A DNA stretch of 60,123 bases, filler included, from Sphacelaria rigidula (lineage: Eukaryota): assembly GCA_964200075.2 (NCBI GenBank). It is 9 parts of 9 records of this genome, joined end to end, with 100 filler letters (N's around TTAATTAATTAA, not from the genome) between each part and the next. Parts side by side here need not be neighbours in the genome. Positions count along the whole stretch, not along the records: positions 20,077 to 26,668 come from CAXNAA020019176.1; positions 26,769 to 33,359 come from CAXNAA020019177.1; positions 33,460 to 40,050 come from CAXNAA020019178.1; 6 more parts are not named here. One strand, 5' to 3'. Position numbers and translations under genes: made by a program. Shown here piece by piece: positions 24,373 through 37,300 of the stretch. The notes beneath the pieces were generated by a model that worked only from the letters and a program-made list of their open reading frames with translations, did no database searches and was not told where the DNA came from. Each line of letters begins with the position of its first letter. Positions within the stretch are counted from its first letter, which is position 1.

Positions 24373-25609
24373 GGGCGACTTACTCTGTCGTAATCCACTA
24401 ACCTCGGGAGTTGTTACCCTTCATTCGATTCTTCCTATGCGACACAGATGGACACAGGTGCTGTCCCAAATCTTGATAAGTTTATAGTAATTCGGGTACC
24501 AACCTGCTCGGATTAGTTCTGTACTCGAAGTGCCCGGATACATGTCCTGACGGCAGGAGCATCAGCCCGGATGTGCCTGGTGTAACCATGTATAATGTCT
24601 TTGGTTGGGAGTTGCGGTATATATGTATATATATATCATGTTTCAGGTCTCTGTTCTGTTTTTTGTGTAGCACTGCGTTACTGGAGCATTTATGGTTGGT
24701 CGATCGAACGGTTGGTTGATTGATTACTGGGCATCGAGTGATCAACGCTGAACCCAGATGTGGTCATTGGAGAGACGTACAAGAACTAGCCCCAAGGTGA
24801 GTGAACGGACGCACTTGCTCGCGATACGGGGCACTCGAGAAAGAGGAAATATGCGGACGAAAGGCGAGCGCAACGTGGAACGAATAAGAGCGAAGACGAT
24901 GAAGCGAAGGTACAAGGCAGGATCAAGTACGAAGGAGCGGGGAAGAGAAGGGAAGGGAGAACGGGGTGGAAAGGGAAGGGAAATTAACAGAACAGGGAAG
25001 GGAAGGGAGGGGAGGTGAAGGAACGGAAAATGAGAGGAAACGGAATCGGGAACGGAAACAAAAAGCGGAAACGGAAGGAAAGATGGAACAAAATAATCCA
25101 CAACGCCAGGCTATGATTTGGAACTGGTACCAAGGGGAAAATGAATAGAACACACACATACACAAAATCGCTGCCGCATGGCTCAAGAGACCACACAAAA
25201 ACAAACCAGAAGAAATCCAAATAAAACAAAACGAAACGAGGTGTTGGCAGCAGACCGGGACTGAGCTATCTAGGGATCATCGGAGTTGAGCAGACGAGTA
25301 ACCAACAACACACTGCTCCGGGCTTATTGTAGATATCACCATCCAGCCCACCGCCTCTGAATCCTTCTAATACCAAGTACTGCTTTTTGTTGTACCCGCG
25401 AGTGTTCCGTGGAACGAATTGTTCATCATTTTTATCTTTTTGCTTTCCTCACCCATGTTGTCCGTTTGCGGACCCGTGTGTGCCTGCTCGTGGTTTTCAT
25501 CACCCTTGCTCTGATACGATGTCACCTTGTTATGGCCCTTCCTCTCTTTGTTTCCCGCCCCTCCCCGCCCTGGAACATGTTTTGCCGTCCAAATACATGT
25601 CAACAACAG

Positions 25610-25708
25610 GAGAAGTACCCGACGGCATTTTGGCAAATGCGGACACCTTGGGCGACCGCTTGGACCTGAGCAACAATCTCTTGACCAACTGGCCCAATCA
25701 GCGCAATG
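25610..25708 (+). CDS. Symmetric phase-1 exon (99 nt) encoding one LRR-like unit
   Basis: caacAG acceptor and GTGAGG donor. Encodes (G)EVPDGILANADTLGDRLDLSNNLLTNWPNQRN, matching GxxP...LxLxxNxL. Confidence 0.6.
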
Positions 25709-26037
25709 GTGAGGCGGAATGACGGAATTTTGATTACGTTGTGTCTCTGGCTGACGACTAGTATATTGAAGAGGGTATGGTTGACTGGAGTATGGCATAC
25801 TAGCTGGTTGCTACACCCGTGGAGGATGACGCGTAAAGAGTTGTTGAGTTTCTCTCCATCGTCTGCAGCACCCGTAACTGCGACACCAGGGGTATGTTGT
25901 TAAAATGTGTTTGCCTTAGGGAAAGATGTTTGTTGTTGCAAGGATGTGAATGGTTGACGTTCAGCACATTGTCGTTTGTTCCATTCCTGTCGCAACGTCA
26001 CGAGGGGCAGGTACAACAGTAAATCACGGTCTCCTAA

Positions 26038-26580
26038 GGGGGTGGGGGGAACGTACTCATGATCGTGCATGCCAAAGCCATAAGACCATTGACCTCGCAT
26101 CCTTACAACGCCGGGACGGAGCACGTCGGATTTTCGACGGACCAGGCTCGTACTCAACTTCCCAGCGCGAAGCGCCGTGGTGTGTTCGGCGAGTCGCATG
26201 AAGGATGAAATGCATCCTGTTAAGATTGTTCGGCCCGAAGCGTACTGCTCATCTTGCATTTGGACCGACAGCCACCAATAAGTTTCTTCATTTTCTGGTG
26301 TCCCCACTTCCAGGAACTGCCACGGTGTACTCATTGCCTCATGGGGGTCCCACCATTTTAATACTACGTAGTACGATCATCCCCATTGTGCGGAGTTGAG
26401 GGTCTCCCACGCCGCACAATACGATCTAGCTCGACCACCATCATGGTTACCGCAAACAAACGCAAGCGCGCAAAATAAAATCGATAACCTGGTTGCCTTG
26501 CTTAGGCAGCGAGTGGCGTGTGGGGGCAAGAGCATTCTTTGACTTTGCAGGATGACACACCCTCTTGTTAATGTTGTCGT
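26038..26580 (-). mobile_element. Long SINE-like non-coding element with LINE-related 3' tail and oligo(C) end
   Basis: gggggtggggggaacgtactcatgatcgtgcatgcc...agaccattgacctcgcatcc...gggacggagcac is a diverged version of the LINE tail. Its internal part is homologous to 1-72 and 6693-6740. Confidence 0.7.
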
Positions 26581-26768
26581 TCTCCTCCTTTTGTTTTGTT
26601 TTTTGTTTTTTTATCTGTGACCCCCCCCCCCCCCCCCCCCCCCCCACCCCCCCCCCCCCCGCCCCCCCNNNNNNNNNNNNNNNNNNNNNNNNNNNNNNNN
26701 NNNNNNNNNNNNTTAATTAATTAANNNNNNNNNNNNNNNNNNNNNNNNNNNNNNNNNNNNNNNNNNNN

Positions 26769-28148
26769 CAAACTCGCCTGATGGTGTGCGCTCACATGCG
26801 GTCGACTGGTCACAGTGGTGTGGCGCCGACTCTGTTTCGTTTGAAAGAATACTGTGTGTGGCCTCACATAGATTCCCACGTTCGCGAGTTCGTTCGACAG
26901 TGTTTGCATTGTGTAGACACTCGTGCTGGTGAGATTGTACCTAGCCCGTATGGCGATACTGTGCATGGTACTGCGCCAGGTGAAGTTGTTCATTTTGATT
27001 TTCTGTACGTTGAAAGTAGCGGACTTCAATGTGCTAACGGTCTGCCTGAGGAGGATGGTTTTCGGTACGTTTTGGTGATCAGGGATGATTTGTCCAATCT
27101 CGTTTGCTTGGAGCCGACCGAGGCTTGCAATGCCGAGGTTACAGCTAATCACTCGTTCCATTGGTGCAAGACTTTGGGGTTGCCGCGTGTTTGGGTCAGT
27201 TATACCGCCATGGACTTCAAAAATCGAGTGATCGCGCAGCTGAGCGATGCGCTGAAGGTGCAACACCAATTTACTGTAGCGTATACCCCTTGGTCAAATG
27301 GTGCTTGTGAACGCATGGTGAAAGAGGTAATCCGTGCGTTGCGGTCTATTTTGTCGGATTAGCGACGGCCGGTGTCTGACTGGCTTGATGTTTTGCCAGC
27401 CGCTCAGTGGGCGTTGAATACTTCGTTTCGTGAACGCTACCGTAACACTCCGTATGGCGTGATGTTCGGGCGTGCGCCGCGTACAGCGTTTTCCACGCTG
27501 GCTTCTGTCTCTGGTGGCGAGTGGAACATCGATGTCGTGGATGCTGATTCGTTGCGTGACAAGGTTCGAGGCGTGTTTGACGAGCAAGTGCGGTTTTGTA
27601 ACGGAGTGCAAGCTGCTGTCGGGGTGTCTCGCGAAACCAAACGCAAGCTTGCTCAGGGCCAGGTTGTGTTGCCCAAGTTTGCAGTTGGAGATTTCGTCTT
27701 GTATGCCCGTGTTCGGAGGCAAGGTGTGACACCAAAGTTGATGTCCACGTGGACAGGTCCGTGGCATGTGGTCGGCGCCGATCACGCTCACGTGTATTTG
27801 GTGCAGAACATTGTTTGTGGCGTCGTGCACTCGGCCCATGTCGCTCGTTAACGTTTCTATGCTGACTCGCAGTTGCACATCACTGCGGAACTAAAAGATG
27901 TATTTCAGCATTTGTATGGTCAAGATGAATGGCGGATGAATGCTTTAGTGCACGTCGCTGAGGATGCCAATGGTGATACCATTGTTTTGGTCGATTGGGA
28001 AGGGTTCGGTGCTGAAGAACGTACGTGGGAGTCTCTTCGCCAGATTCATTCTTCTGCGCCTGAATTTGTTTTTAAGGAACTGCGTAAAATGCGGTTGACT
28101 CGGGCGCTGACCAGTAAATTAGCGTCGGAGTATGGTATTTCTTTGTGA
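26769..28148 (+). mobile_element. Degenerate Ty3/Gypsy integrase plus chromodomain; possible PPT/LTR start at ~28223-28231
   Basis: H..GHSG..WP..CLHC; VVHFDF; NGACERM; WTGPW; VLVDWEGFGAEERTWESL. In-frame stops at ~27360 and ~27849; gggggtgc|tgtagcc downstream. Confidence 0.92.
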
Positions 28149-28520
28149 TCTAGCGCATGCGATTTCGCCTTGGTTTGTTTTTGTTGGCTGTCAAGCTTGT
28201 TCATTTGTCTTGAACTCGCTTTGGGGGTGCTGTAGCCAAATGATACCAAGCCGTAGGTTTCAGTGTAATCGCATGCATGATTGGAGCAGTGGCAGGGGAC
28301 AGGGGATCCTGGATTGATGATCCTTATCTGCGTGGCCCCTTGCTGCTGGCTCAATATATGGTCTGTTCCTGGATCACTCCGAGGAAATAACAAGTAAGAA
28401 GAAATGACTTGTTGAGCACGAGGCCAGTGCTACTGGAGGAGTCCCTCGTGGATATTCCTCTTGTCCAGATCGTCTGGCAGAGGCTGCAACTCGGATCTTT
28501 CCCGATCATAGACGCAGGTT

Positions 28521-29135
28521 GACGAGGAAATTACCTCGCTTCGTTTTCTCTCCGAGTACTGGTACGCGCTTCGTTTGACCCATTCTGGGTCTTCACCCAG
28601 CTTGTACTGTTACACGGATCTGTTCTGACTTTTGCCGGGGGTTGACGAGGAAATGACCTCGCTTCTTTTTCTCTCTGGGTACTGGTACGTGCTTCGTTTG
28701 ACCCATTCTTGGTCTGCGCTCGACTTGTACTAATACTCGAATCTGACCCGACTATGGACGGAGGGTCACGAGGAAATGACCCCGTTTCTTTTTCTCTCCC
28801 GGTAATGGTACGCGCTTCGATCGATCCATTCTGGTTCTGTACTTGGCTTGTACTACTACACGAGACTGACCTGACTATTGACGGGGGGTGAGGAAAAAAT
28901 GACCTCGCTACTTCATTTTTCCGGGCACTGGTGCGGGCTTCGATTGGCCCATTCTGGGACGGCACTCGGCTTCCACGAATACTCGGGCCTCTGCTGGCTA
29001 TAGACGGAGGGTGACGAGAAACTGTCCTCGCTTCTTCCTTTTTTTGGATACTGGTACGCGCTTTGTCTGACCCATTCGAGGTCTGTACTCGGCTTGTACT
29101 CGCACTAGGGGGTATTCCGACAGGTACGCTTGTCG
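28521..29135 (-). repeat. Coding tandem repeat, 5 x 123 bp (41 aa)
   Basis: gacgaggaaa-like anchors at ~28521, 28644, 28767, 28890 and 29013. The ORF 28531-29424 repeats NGSxEARTS...EARSFPRxPP. Confidence 0.85.
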
Positions 29136-29928
29136 GGGGATGGAGGGACAGTGTTGTTGATTTCTTTATTTGCTTTCTGGTATATTGTGCAGCTGTTATA
29201 TGTTTTGCTTTTTCAGTTGCTTTCTTTATTTGCTTTCTGGTGCATTGTACAGCTGTCAAATATTTTGCGTTTTCAGGGTCTGGTATCCTACTGATATCAA
29301 CGACGGTCGGGGTTGGGTTCTCGCTGTATTTTTCGGAGTTGTACCGGGTCGAACAGACCAATTGATTGGATTCCGCAGGTTGATGCGTTGCTATTTCAGA
29401 CGCGGGACATTGTTTTTTCGTCACGTTTTAGACAATGTGATCTACCTACTGTCCTGTCGGCATTCCCGGTTGAACCTAAAATTTGGGGTGATGAACCTGC
29501 GGGCACGTTGCGGGGGCGACGGGTTGAAAATACCAGAGTTCGTACCGCTATGCTTTTCATCGTTGCTACTCCTGCGAGCGACTGCCTTGGGCGATTGACG
29601 AAATCTGCTCTCCTTACCATATACCGCCTTCTCTTTTCTACTTGCTGCGTCGGTAATTCTAGCCTCACCGTGAAAAAGGTGTGGAGCAACCGACCCAGGG
29701 AGAGGTACTCCAGCGATGCCCACCGACCTGCCTGGATCAGTGAACGAAGGTGTGGCTGGAACGTGCTCCTTCCTGGTCGGCCCCGCCGCCAAGCGGCAGG
29801 GCCAGTACTCTCATCCGCTCCCTGAGCGGGCTCCATTCGCTCCGTTCGCTCAACCTCCCCCCGCTCCCCCGCTCCCGCTTCCGCCGTTTCCTGGTTGCAT
29901 TCCCCATCCCCCCGTCGTTGCTAGACTT

Positions 29929-31918
29929 TAGTATCGGTTTTTGAGTGTTGTTGCTGGCGCCGCTGCTTCCTGATCCCTTATCGCCACCCGTTCTTCCCGC
30001 CACGTCGGGGCGCGCTTCGTCGTGGTTCGGGAACATACATCTCGAGCCCCGAGTACAGCGTAAACGCTGCCAGTTCCGGAGGCAAACGCCCTGGGGTGGG
30101 GCCCACGGAGAGAGTTCCTCCGGGAGGTTCGAAAAGGGCGTCGTCAGACCTGCGGGTGTATTTTATCCCGCGGGGAGGCTTTGCGGTGGTGCCGGCGATG
30201 ATGTGCGCGTCTTCTTGATCTGACTCAGGGCAGGCGCTGGAGAGGTTGCGCCTGGGTGTTGCTTCCTTTTTGGTGGCGGTCTGGACTTGGGATCAAGTCC
30301 CAACCGGTGGCGACCAATCAGATTGAGCGGGTGACCGGTCTTGATTACTTTGTTGACGCGTTCGAATGTTAGGGGCGGGTAGGTGCCGCCGTCGTTGTGG
30401 TCCGGCGGGGCCAGGGGGTACGTTTGGCGAAGGTACGTCGCCACTCGATCTATCTCGTTAATCCAATCCTTCAAATCACTGTTGGCGTCCTCTATGAAGA
30501 ATTCGCGAGACCATTCCGCGTGCTCCTGGAGCTGCGCCATGTGTGCAATGACGAAGCGGTTCATCCGTTCGACCAGATCCTCCAGCTCTGCGATGGTGTT
30601 CTTCTGACGACTTTCGGCCAGCGGTGACGACCCGACCGCGCCGCCTTTGATGACGGCCACCAGTGCTTTTACAGTATACGCACAATGTACCACTCGTCAA
30701 TGCGGCGACTGCGCCCAACCCGTTGGAATCCGCGATGTCGAAACCCTCAAGCGCCTGGATCATGCGCCACATTTCTTGGTATATCGCTGCAACGTCTAGA
30801 CAGAGCGATTCTAAATTTTCGTTCGACAGCGGGAAGCTCGAGTTGTGCCCACCCCGCAGTACATACAATTTTGAAACCAGGGGGTTCGTCATCCAATTCG
30901 TCTCCTTGCTTGGCAGCTTCATTCACTGCCCTGTTCTTCTTCGCTGTGATAAGATCCGGTGCTGCGGGTAGCGTCGTGGGCGCGGGCCACTGTTGTGGGT
31001 TGTAGTATTGATACCGAAACGGCGGCACGGGGGCCCCGTGTGGCGGGAAGTGTTGCTGGGGCAGGAATTGCTGTGGAGCCTGTTGTTGCTGTTGTTATAG
31101 ATGATGGCCGTCTTGCGTGCTGTGCAGTTGCTGGTACTACGGCTGGATCGCGCTGGTGCTGGCGTGTGTGAGAGGGGTTGATGCTGGTTGACCTGCGGCT
31201 GATAAAACTGCTCCTGCTGAGGTGGCTGATAAAACTGCTAAAATGGCTGAAGTGGCTGAGTTGGTTGCTGACCTTGATGTTGTTGTTGTTGTGGCTGCTG
31301 GCTGTGATGCTGATGCTGGTGCTGCTGATGTTCTCGTTGTTGATAATGTCCCTGTTGTTATAGCTAGTTCTGCTGATCTTGCGGGTGTGTTGCCTGCACG
31401 CTGAGCAGATGGTTTACGCCATGTAACAGACGTTCTAGGTGCTGATCGCGCCTCTGAGCTGCCTGTCGAAGAATCGACATCTGTGGCTCCCACGGTTCCG
31501 TATTCCGTGCCGTGTCGTGAAGGTGCTGTTGTGATGAGGTTGCGTCCTGTGGTGCTTTCTGCGCTGTAGTGAGCGCACCGTGCTGCGGAGGAGGCGGTCC
31601 TCTGGGCGGGGGCGGCTGTTGCAACGCGGATCTTCGGTTGTCCGTCCCCGATGATGAAGCTGCTGTAGACGATGCTGCAGCTTCCGTAGATGTTACTCGT
31701 GCGGGTTCTACCATGTCGAACTGATTCGAACACGTTCGAGAACCACCACTCGTACTGTACTTGACTGTCTTGCACCGGTGACTGTTCGTTGCCTTGCTCA
31801 GTATTGCCGAGCGCGCGGAGTGCTCTTTGGGCTTGGTAACTGAGCGTAACTGATCGAAGATGGGGATGTGGATTTTTGTCCTCTCACAGTGACCCCTACC
31901 ATCCTGTTGTGACGTCAT
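29929..31918 (-). pseudogene. Decayed gag-like ORF with Q/P-rich N-terminus and C-terminal CCCH zinc finger (possibly DIRS/Ngaro ORF1)
   Basis: Fragments 31364-31918, 30476-30922 and 30163-30693, then CLRNWQRLRCTRGSRCMFPNH (C-x8-C-x5-C-x4-H) at 30022-30084. No RT or tyrosine recombinase is visible. Confidence 0.45.
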
Positions 31919-33699
31919 CCACCACTTCGTGACCTGATCCTATAATTCGTCATTCGCCGACACAAACCTCAGACTTCTAAGAAATCCTACCAATTTCAGT
32001 AAAACATTTTGCCATAGAACTGCTGCTTTGTGTAGATGCTCAAACCGTTCTTTGTGTCTCTGCCGATGGTGTTACACGAGCGCAGTGCTCTCTCATAACA
32101 CCGAAGGTCACGTTTCACAGGGGAGGGTGGTGTTCACCCTGGGTGACACGGATTCTGCCGCAACTCCTGGCATAGAGCACTGCTGTCATTGAAATCTGCG
32201 AGAGGTTTGCCTACCTATATATCAATATACCTTGATCCACCACGCGCATGCTCCCTCCGCCTGAGCGATGCTGTCTGGGCCGCTACTGCATGCCCAGCAT
32301 ATGCGGACCGTCCTTGATACTGTCTGGGCCGCTACTACATGCCCAGCATATGCGGACCGTCCTTACGGAATCGGGATACTTGCCATCATCCACACATTTT
32401 TGCGGAGGTGTTTAAAAGACTATAAAAAAAGCAAGTTCCACGGCGTAACACTGTTTCTCCAATACAATTCTCAACATTTTTGGTCCCCTTGTTTTGCCAT
32501 CGTCGCCAATACAAGACCGGGAGAGCAGCGCATGACGAGATGATGGCCGTGCTGGGAATGGGTGGTGTGTTTATTGTTGAAGACTTCCAGGAGAGGTGAG
32601 GGTATGGTTAAGATATCACGGGTCATGCTGGCTCTCAACATTTCCATAGGGGATTTGATAATAAGCGACGGTAGCCGAACACATGGCGGTGGGCAGCAAA
32701 GAACCTGCAACTCCGGCTATCGAGTGAATCATCGACGCTTGCAACCGAGTATTTGCGCGAGTTGCTCCGCGTGGCATCTTGGGTTGCTGGGAAATACACT
32801 TGTTGTGTGGCCCCGTCATCAAACTGATCTAGCATTGGTCACTTGAGGCCCATTGATGGGGTCCATCCCCGATGGTAATGGCCTGTTACATTGGTTTCCA
32901 GTTCGCTATCATTGAGCGCGTGGATAGGGCAGCAAAAGCTCCTGACACAAAGTTGGAAGGTGGCTACGGACAAATAATGCCTGTAGCAACGAGTGTCTAC
33001 TACGACCCAACACCCGTCATTCTTGTACGTGGGCAAAAGTAATGTCAATCCGGATGAACACATACACGTGCGATTTTGGAGCAAACGCATTTGTATGATA
33101 TTCCCTGCTTACAACAGTACCTGAAAGTCGCCCCTTCGCAGAGGGAAATGTCTATGACAGCCACCGTCCCTATCGTTAGATGACTCAAAGGTGACATTTT
33201 CATGAAAGGAGCGGCTCAAAGCACCCGCACCCCATTAGTGGATGGGGTTAAAAGGACTGTATGTCGGAAGAAGTGGCCGAAATCATCCGCCCCCGTGTCG
33301 TTGGGTAGCTCGAAAGTGGCCCCCTCGTGCAAGAAGTGGCTCAAAATCCCCCCCCCCCCNNNNNNNNNNNNNNNNNNNNNNNNNNNNNNNNNNNNNNNNN
33401 NNNTTAATTAATTAANNNNNNNNNNNNNNNNNNNNNNNNNNNNNNNNNNNNNNNNNNNNCCGTCGTCACAGCACCTGTACAGGACACACAAATGCAAGAC
33501 GCACCATACACGCATCACGCACGGACCGACACAGAACCGGCTCGTGGAGACAAACCCTACATCTGAGTGCTCACAGCACCCTGGTCAGGACACAAGAGCG
33601 TCTCTTCAGTGGCTGCACGCGTCCTGCTCCCTCCGAGACTGCCTCCCTTGAGAAGAGATGGGGAAATACAAAGGACGATCTACCCCGACACCGACTCAC

Positions 33700-33851
33700 C
33701 TGTCTCTGCGGACATGAGAGGGGCTTGAGCGCCACCAACGAAGCACGCCGTGTTGTACGGCTCGGTGTCGTCGAACCACTCTCTCCAGTGGTCGTTGGCG
33801 GACTCGATGCTCGTGCTCAGGTCCGAGGCGAAGTTCGCTCTGGCAGACGCA
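33700..33851 (-). CDS. Exon of a YHS-domain (seleno)protein-like gene (downstream exon)
   Basis: ctcacAG acceptor and GTGAGT donor. Encodes (S)ASARANFASDLSTSIESANDHWREWFDDTEPYNTACF...; phase matches the upstream exon. Confidence 0.7.
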
Positions 33852-34202
33852 CTGTGAGGGCCGGTTGGAAACGAACGTCGTGGTGATCGGCAGTGAGGCG
33901 CAGCATCGCATGGCATGTGTCAAGCTCTGGGGTGAAGGTAAGGGCCTGGCCAAGGTACTGGTCAACCGCACTACAATACTAGGGACGGGGCGGGTGGAAA
34001 AAAGGGCCGGTTCTCAGTAAGCAGAACAACATGGAAAATATCGCTGTTTATATCCGTGGCCACGCAATTGTTGATTCCCCGTGCTCCGCGCGCGCATGGT
34101 TACATGAGACGTGAGGGAAATATTACACACAAGCCCCGCTCATATTCTAAATAAACAACGCTCAGCGGCCTGCGCATACACACGGTCTGGTCCCCTGCCC
34201 AC

Positions 34203-34354
34203 CTTTCGAAGAGGTACAGCCTGCCGTGGTAGGAAATGTACCAGAAGTTGGGGTCGGCGGCAGGGCCTAGCGTGTCGGCCGTCCACTTGTCGTCGGAAGC
34301 GATACTCCACGAGCAGAACGCTCCGTACATGGGGGACTTCATGTCTGTGTCAGC
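34203..34354 (-). CDS. Exon of a YHS-domain (seleno)protein-like gene (upstream exon)
   Basis: tgtcAG acceptor and GTGGGC donor. Encodes ADTDMKSPMYGAFCSWSIA...GPAADPNFWYISYHGRLYLFE, matching the PxYGGxCxx...DPxxWxIxxGxLY pattern. Confidence 0.7.
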
Positions 34355-37300
34355 CTGACACATGGTACGTGAACACGCATATTCCGGCATGTGTGCAGCA
34401 GGCAACGTCAAACACGTGTCTCGATTCATTAGACGTAGTCGGGTTCAGAATTCATGTCGGAGGGTCTCGGTGGCTTTATAATCAAGTTTTATTGGCGCGC
34501 TGGATTATCGATGGTATCCAGGCGGTAGCTGCCGTCATGCTGTCCAACGATGCTGCGTTGAACATCAGATGGACACACGCTGTTTCGCCAGCGGCTCACG
34601 CACGCACAAGTGCAGAATCACCACGAGTGTCATCGCTCTCCACTGCATTATTCACGCACCATTTATGCATGTACTGCGCAGTATTTTGAAAGCAACCGGC
34701 AAATCGTCGACGTATTTTTTTTGTGTGCCTGAAGAGCTTTCGTGATCTATCCTCTGCGAGCGGTGCAGGCTGGAGACGACATAAATTATCGTCACCATGT
34801 TACTGCAGTCTGGAGTATTCCCTATAGCAGCAGTGCTGGCACAGGTGTTCGGACCTTGCCCGCATGTCGTATCCACGCAAGTATACTTTCTGACGGTCTG
34901 CACCGCTGGTGCTGTACAGAAGAAACGTTCTTCACCGCTGCATAGGTTATAAAGCAAGAAGCTCGTCACCTCCCTGATTTGCCCCGCAAAAAAAAAGTGG
35001 TGCACAGCTATCTCCACAGCAGAAGTGAGGCTAGACACGTGATCAAGGCTACGACCAGTGCAAATATCACCTTCCCCGCGTGCTTCATCGGTTGGTTGGT
35101 CATCGTCCAAGGGCTCAAATCGCCTCTACCGCGAAGCAGACACATTGGGCACCTAGTAGGGGAACGTCATGGTCAATTTAAACGCATCAGATTTTCACAG
35201 TCACCGAACCAACTCCATCCCCACCCGGCCTGCTACTTGTCGACAAATCTCCTGGTAACCCGCGTGATTGATCTGCAACAGATTCCTCGGTAATTTGGAC
35301 CCGATCTCCCTGCCGCCCATCACAAGGACCACCCTCACAACGGACGCCCCATGGATGCTTCTTGACTGCCAGCCATTTTCATGTCCTCATAGGAGACAAG
35401 GGTAGCGGATATCAGGGTTTCCCGGTAATGAGCCGAGAGCGTCGATGATAATCGACAATGATTTCACTGGGAAGATGGGAGACTCGGGAGCACACCTGAG
35501 GGCCCTTCAAGGGTTGAGGTTACTGAGTGCTGGCGGATATACAACGGGTTCTGCCATTTCTCAAGTGAAAATAATGTCGGTTCCAGGGATGACCCTCCCA
35601 GGTGGTCAAAGGATGGACTGCGATACCCGTCCGTCATAAGCCGAAATGCGGAGCTTGCTCAAAACGTCATGAAGGTCCTGCTACGCTCCAACCCTCGAAT
35701 CACGATGGCCACTTTCCGTGTCGTGGAAGACATACTTCTTGTGTAGATGAACGATAGACCCATCCATGGATTGAAAAATGCGCCGCAGTTCAGCACTGGA
35801 TATTGGTCCAACATTCTTCATGTCAGCACAGAACAGACCTGACAAGAAAACATGAAGTCACTACAGTACTCATGCCCGCCAGCTTCACCGCGGGCCCTTG
35901 CTGTCTCATCTGCACTCTTCTTTCCTTGTTGTCATGAAACTCCATTCAATATTGCCTGGAGGAGCGGCCGGGCGTGTGTCGTTTCTAGCCCGAAGCCTCC
36001 CGTTCTCAATGATAATGTGTGGGTGTTTTCGGCGCGCGTCGTACGTACACAGAAGTTGTGTCCCTCAATTGACCCCTGAATAGAGTCGGACTCACACCGA
36101 GCACAATGTGCTCAGCTGATCAACAGCTACTGCTCGAGCTGTATTATTTTCGTCCGCGGGATGTTTTGTCTTATGTTTTCACACTTTCGTTCATGCCCCT
36201 GCGGTTGAAACACCCGTGTTTCCCTTCGAGTAAACTCAATACCGGCTCCTCAAACGATTGTTCAAAGTTTGTAAGAGCTTGTCCAGCTGTAAAGAGAACA
36301 TTTCCCGAGAACACCACAACTTGTCAGGTTTACCGAATAAGAGCGACTTGAGCATATGGCTGTGAACTGCAGACCAACCTGGTGACAGGCAGTACTGCCG
36401 CTGCTCCGTTGGCGCAGTTTTGACGATGATGACATTGTACTGCATTGAGTTATGGGCTGAAATTTTACAGGAGTGCCCGTGAGGCGATTGCCCACCACCT
36501 GGTTGAACGTACATTCGTTACTTTTCATTCAACACGGAGTTATGGCGAGTGTCCTGTTTTCGTGTAAACTCTAAGTCGCTCTAACTTCTTCATTATTATA
36601 TTTTTCAAGTGTACAGTCACTAGTCCCTTCCGGACTGGTGATAAAAATGTTGTGTCAATTTTTCAGCGCCTCAACTCTTCGAATTACCGCCTGCCGGCCC
36701 TTTCCGCTGCTTAGTTATCCTCACAGCTGGACCAGCTCGTATGCGTGAAGAAAATAATGGTGGTCTCCGTGAACGGTGGTATCGCACTCCGATCGAAATA
36801 CGAAGAAAGAAACACACACAGATTTCTCGATTGTGTTGAAGCAGGCCTTCAAGCACCGTATAGTGGCACTGTTGTGACAAGTGGGGCGTGCGTGGCGACA
36901 ATCTCCAAAATGATATATCCCTCTTCACCCAAACCAATGACTCGTCCGGTGAGGATTGGCGTACACTTCAAGTCAAGTACTCGAGCCCTCGTCTTCCAGT
37001 TCAGGCAGTGAAGCCACCTCCAAGTGCGTCATCGTCACGAGTGTGAAGCGATTAATAATACGAACCCCAGTGAAAAAAAATGTTGCCTGTCAAGCGCTGA
37101 AAAGGTACACTCGTCAGGCGCCGAAGAGGACCCCTGCTAGACTGCCAGGTCGTTCATCTTTAGAATGAGTTTGGTTTGCCCCTGAAAAATGACAGTCGGA
37201 CTCAGGTCAACCCTGACGGCCAGAGGTTGGCCGTTTGAGCCCCTTCGGCGTCCTGGGTTCCTGACAGTCCCGCTCGGAGGAAAGTGACGATGTGGGCGAG

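Noticed and set aside
32271..32364. ~49-bp tandem duplication (similar local duplications at ~49929-50031 and ~51142-51182)
   Set aside because: Simple two-copy slippage duplications with no further structure.
35100..37010. Coding-like decayed sequence on the minus strand (LMTDGYRS resembles a Merlin/IS1595 motif)
   Set aside because: A single weak motif with many stops; the other catalytic motifs were not found.
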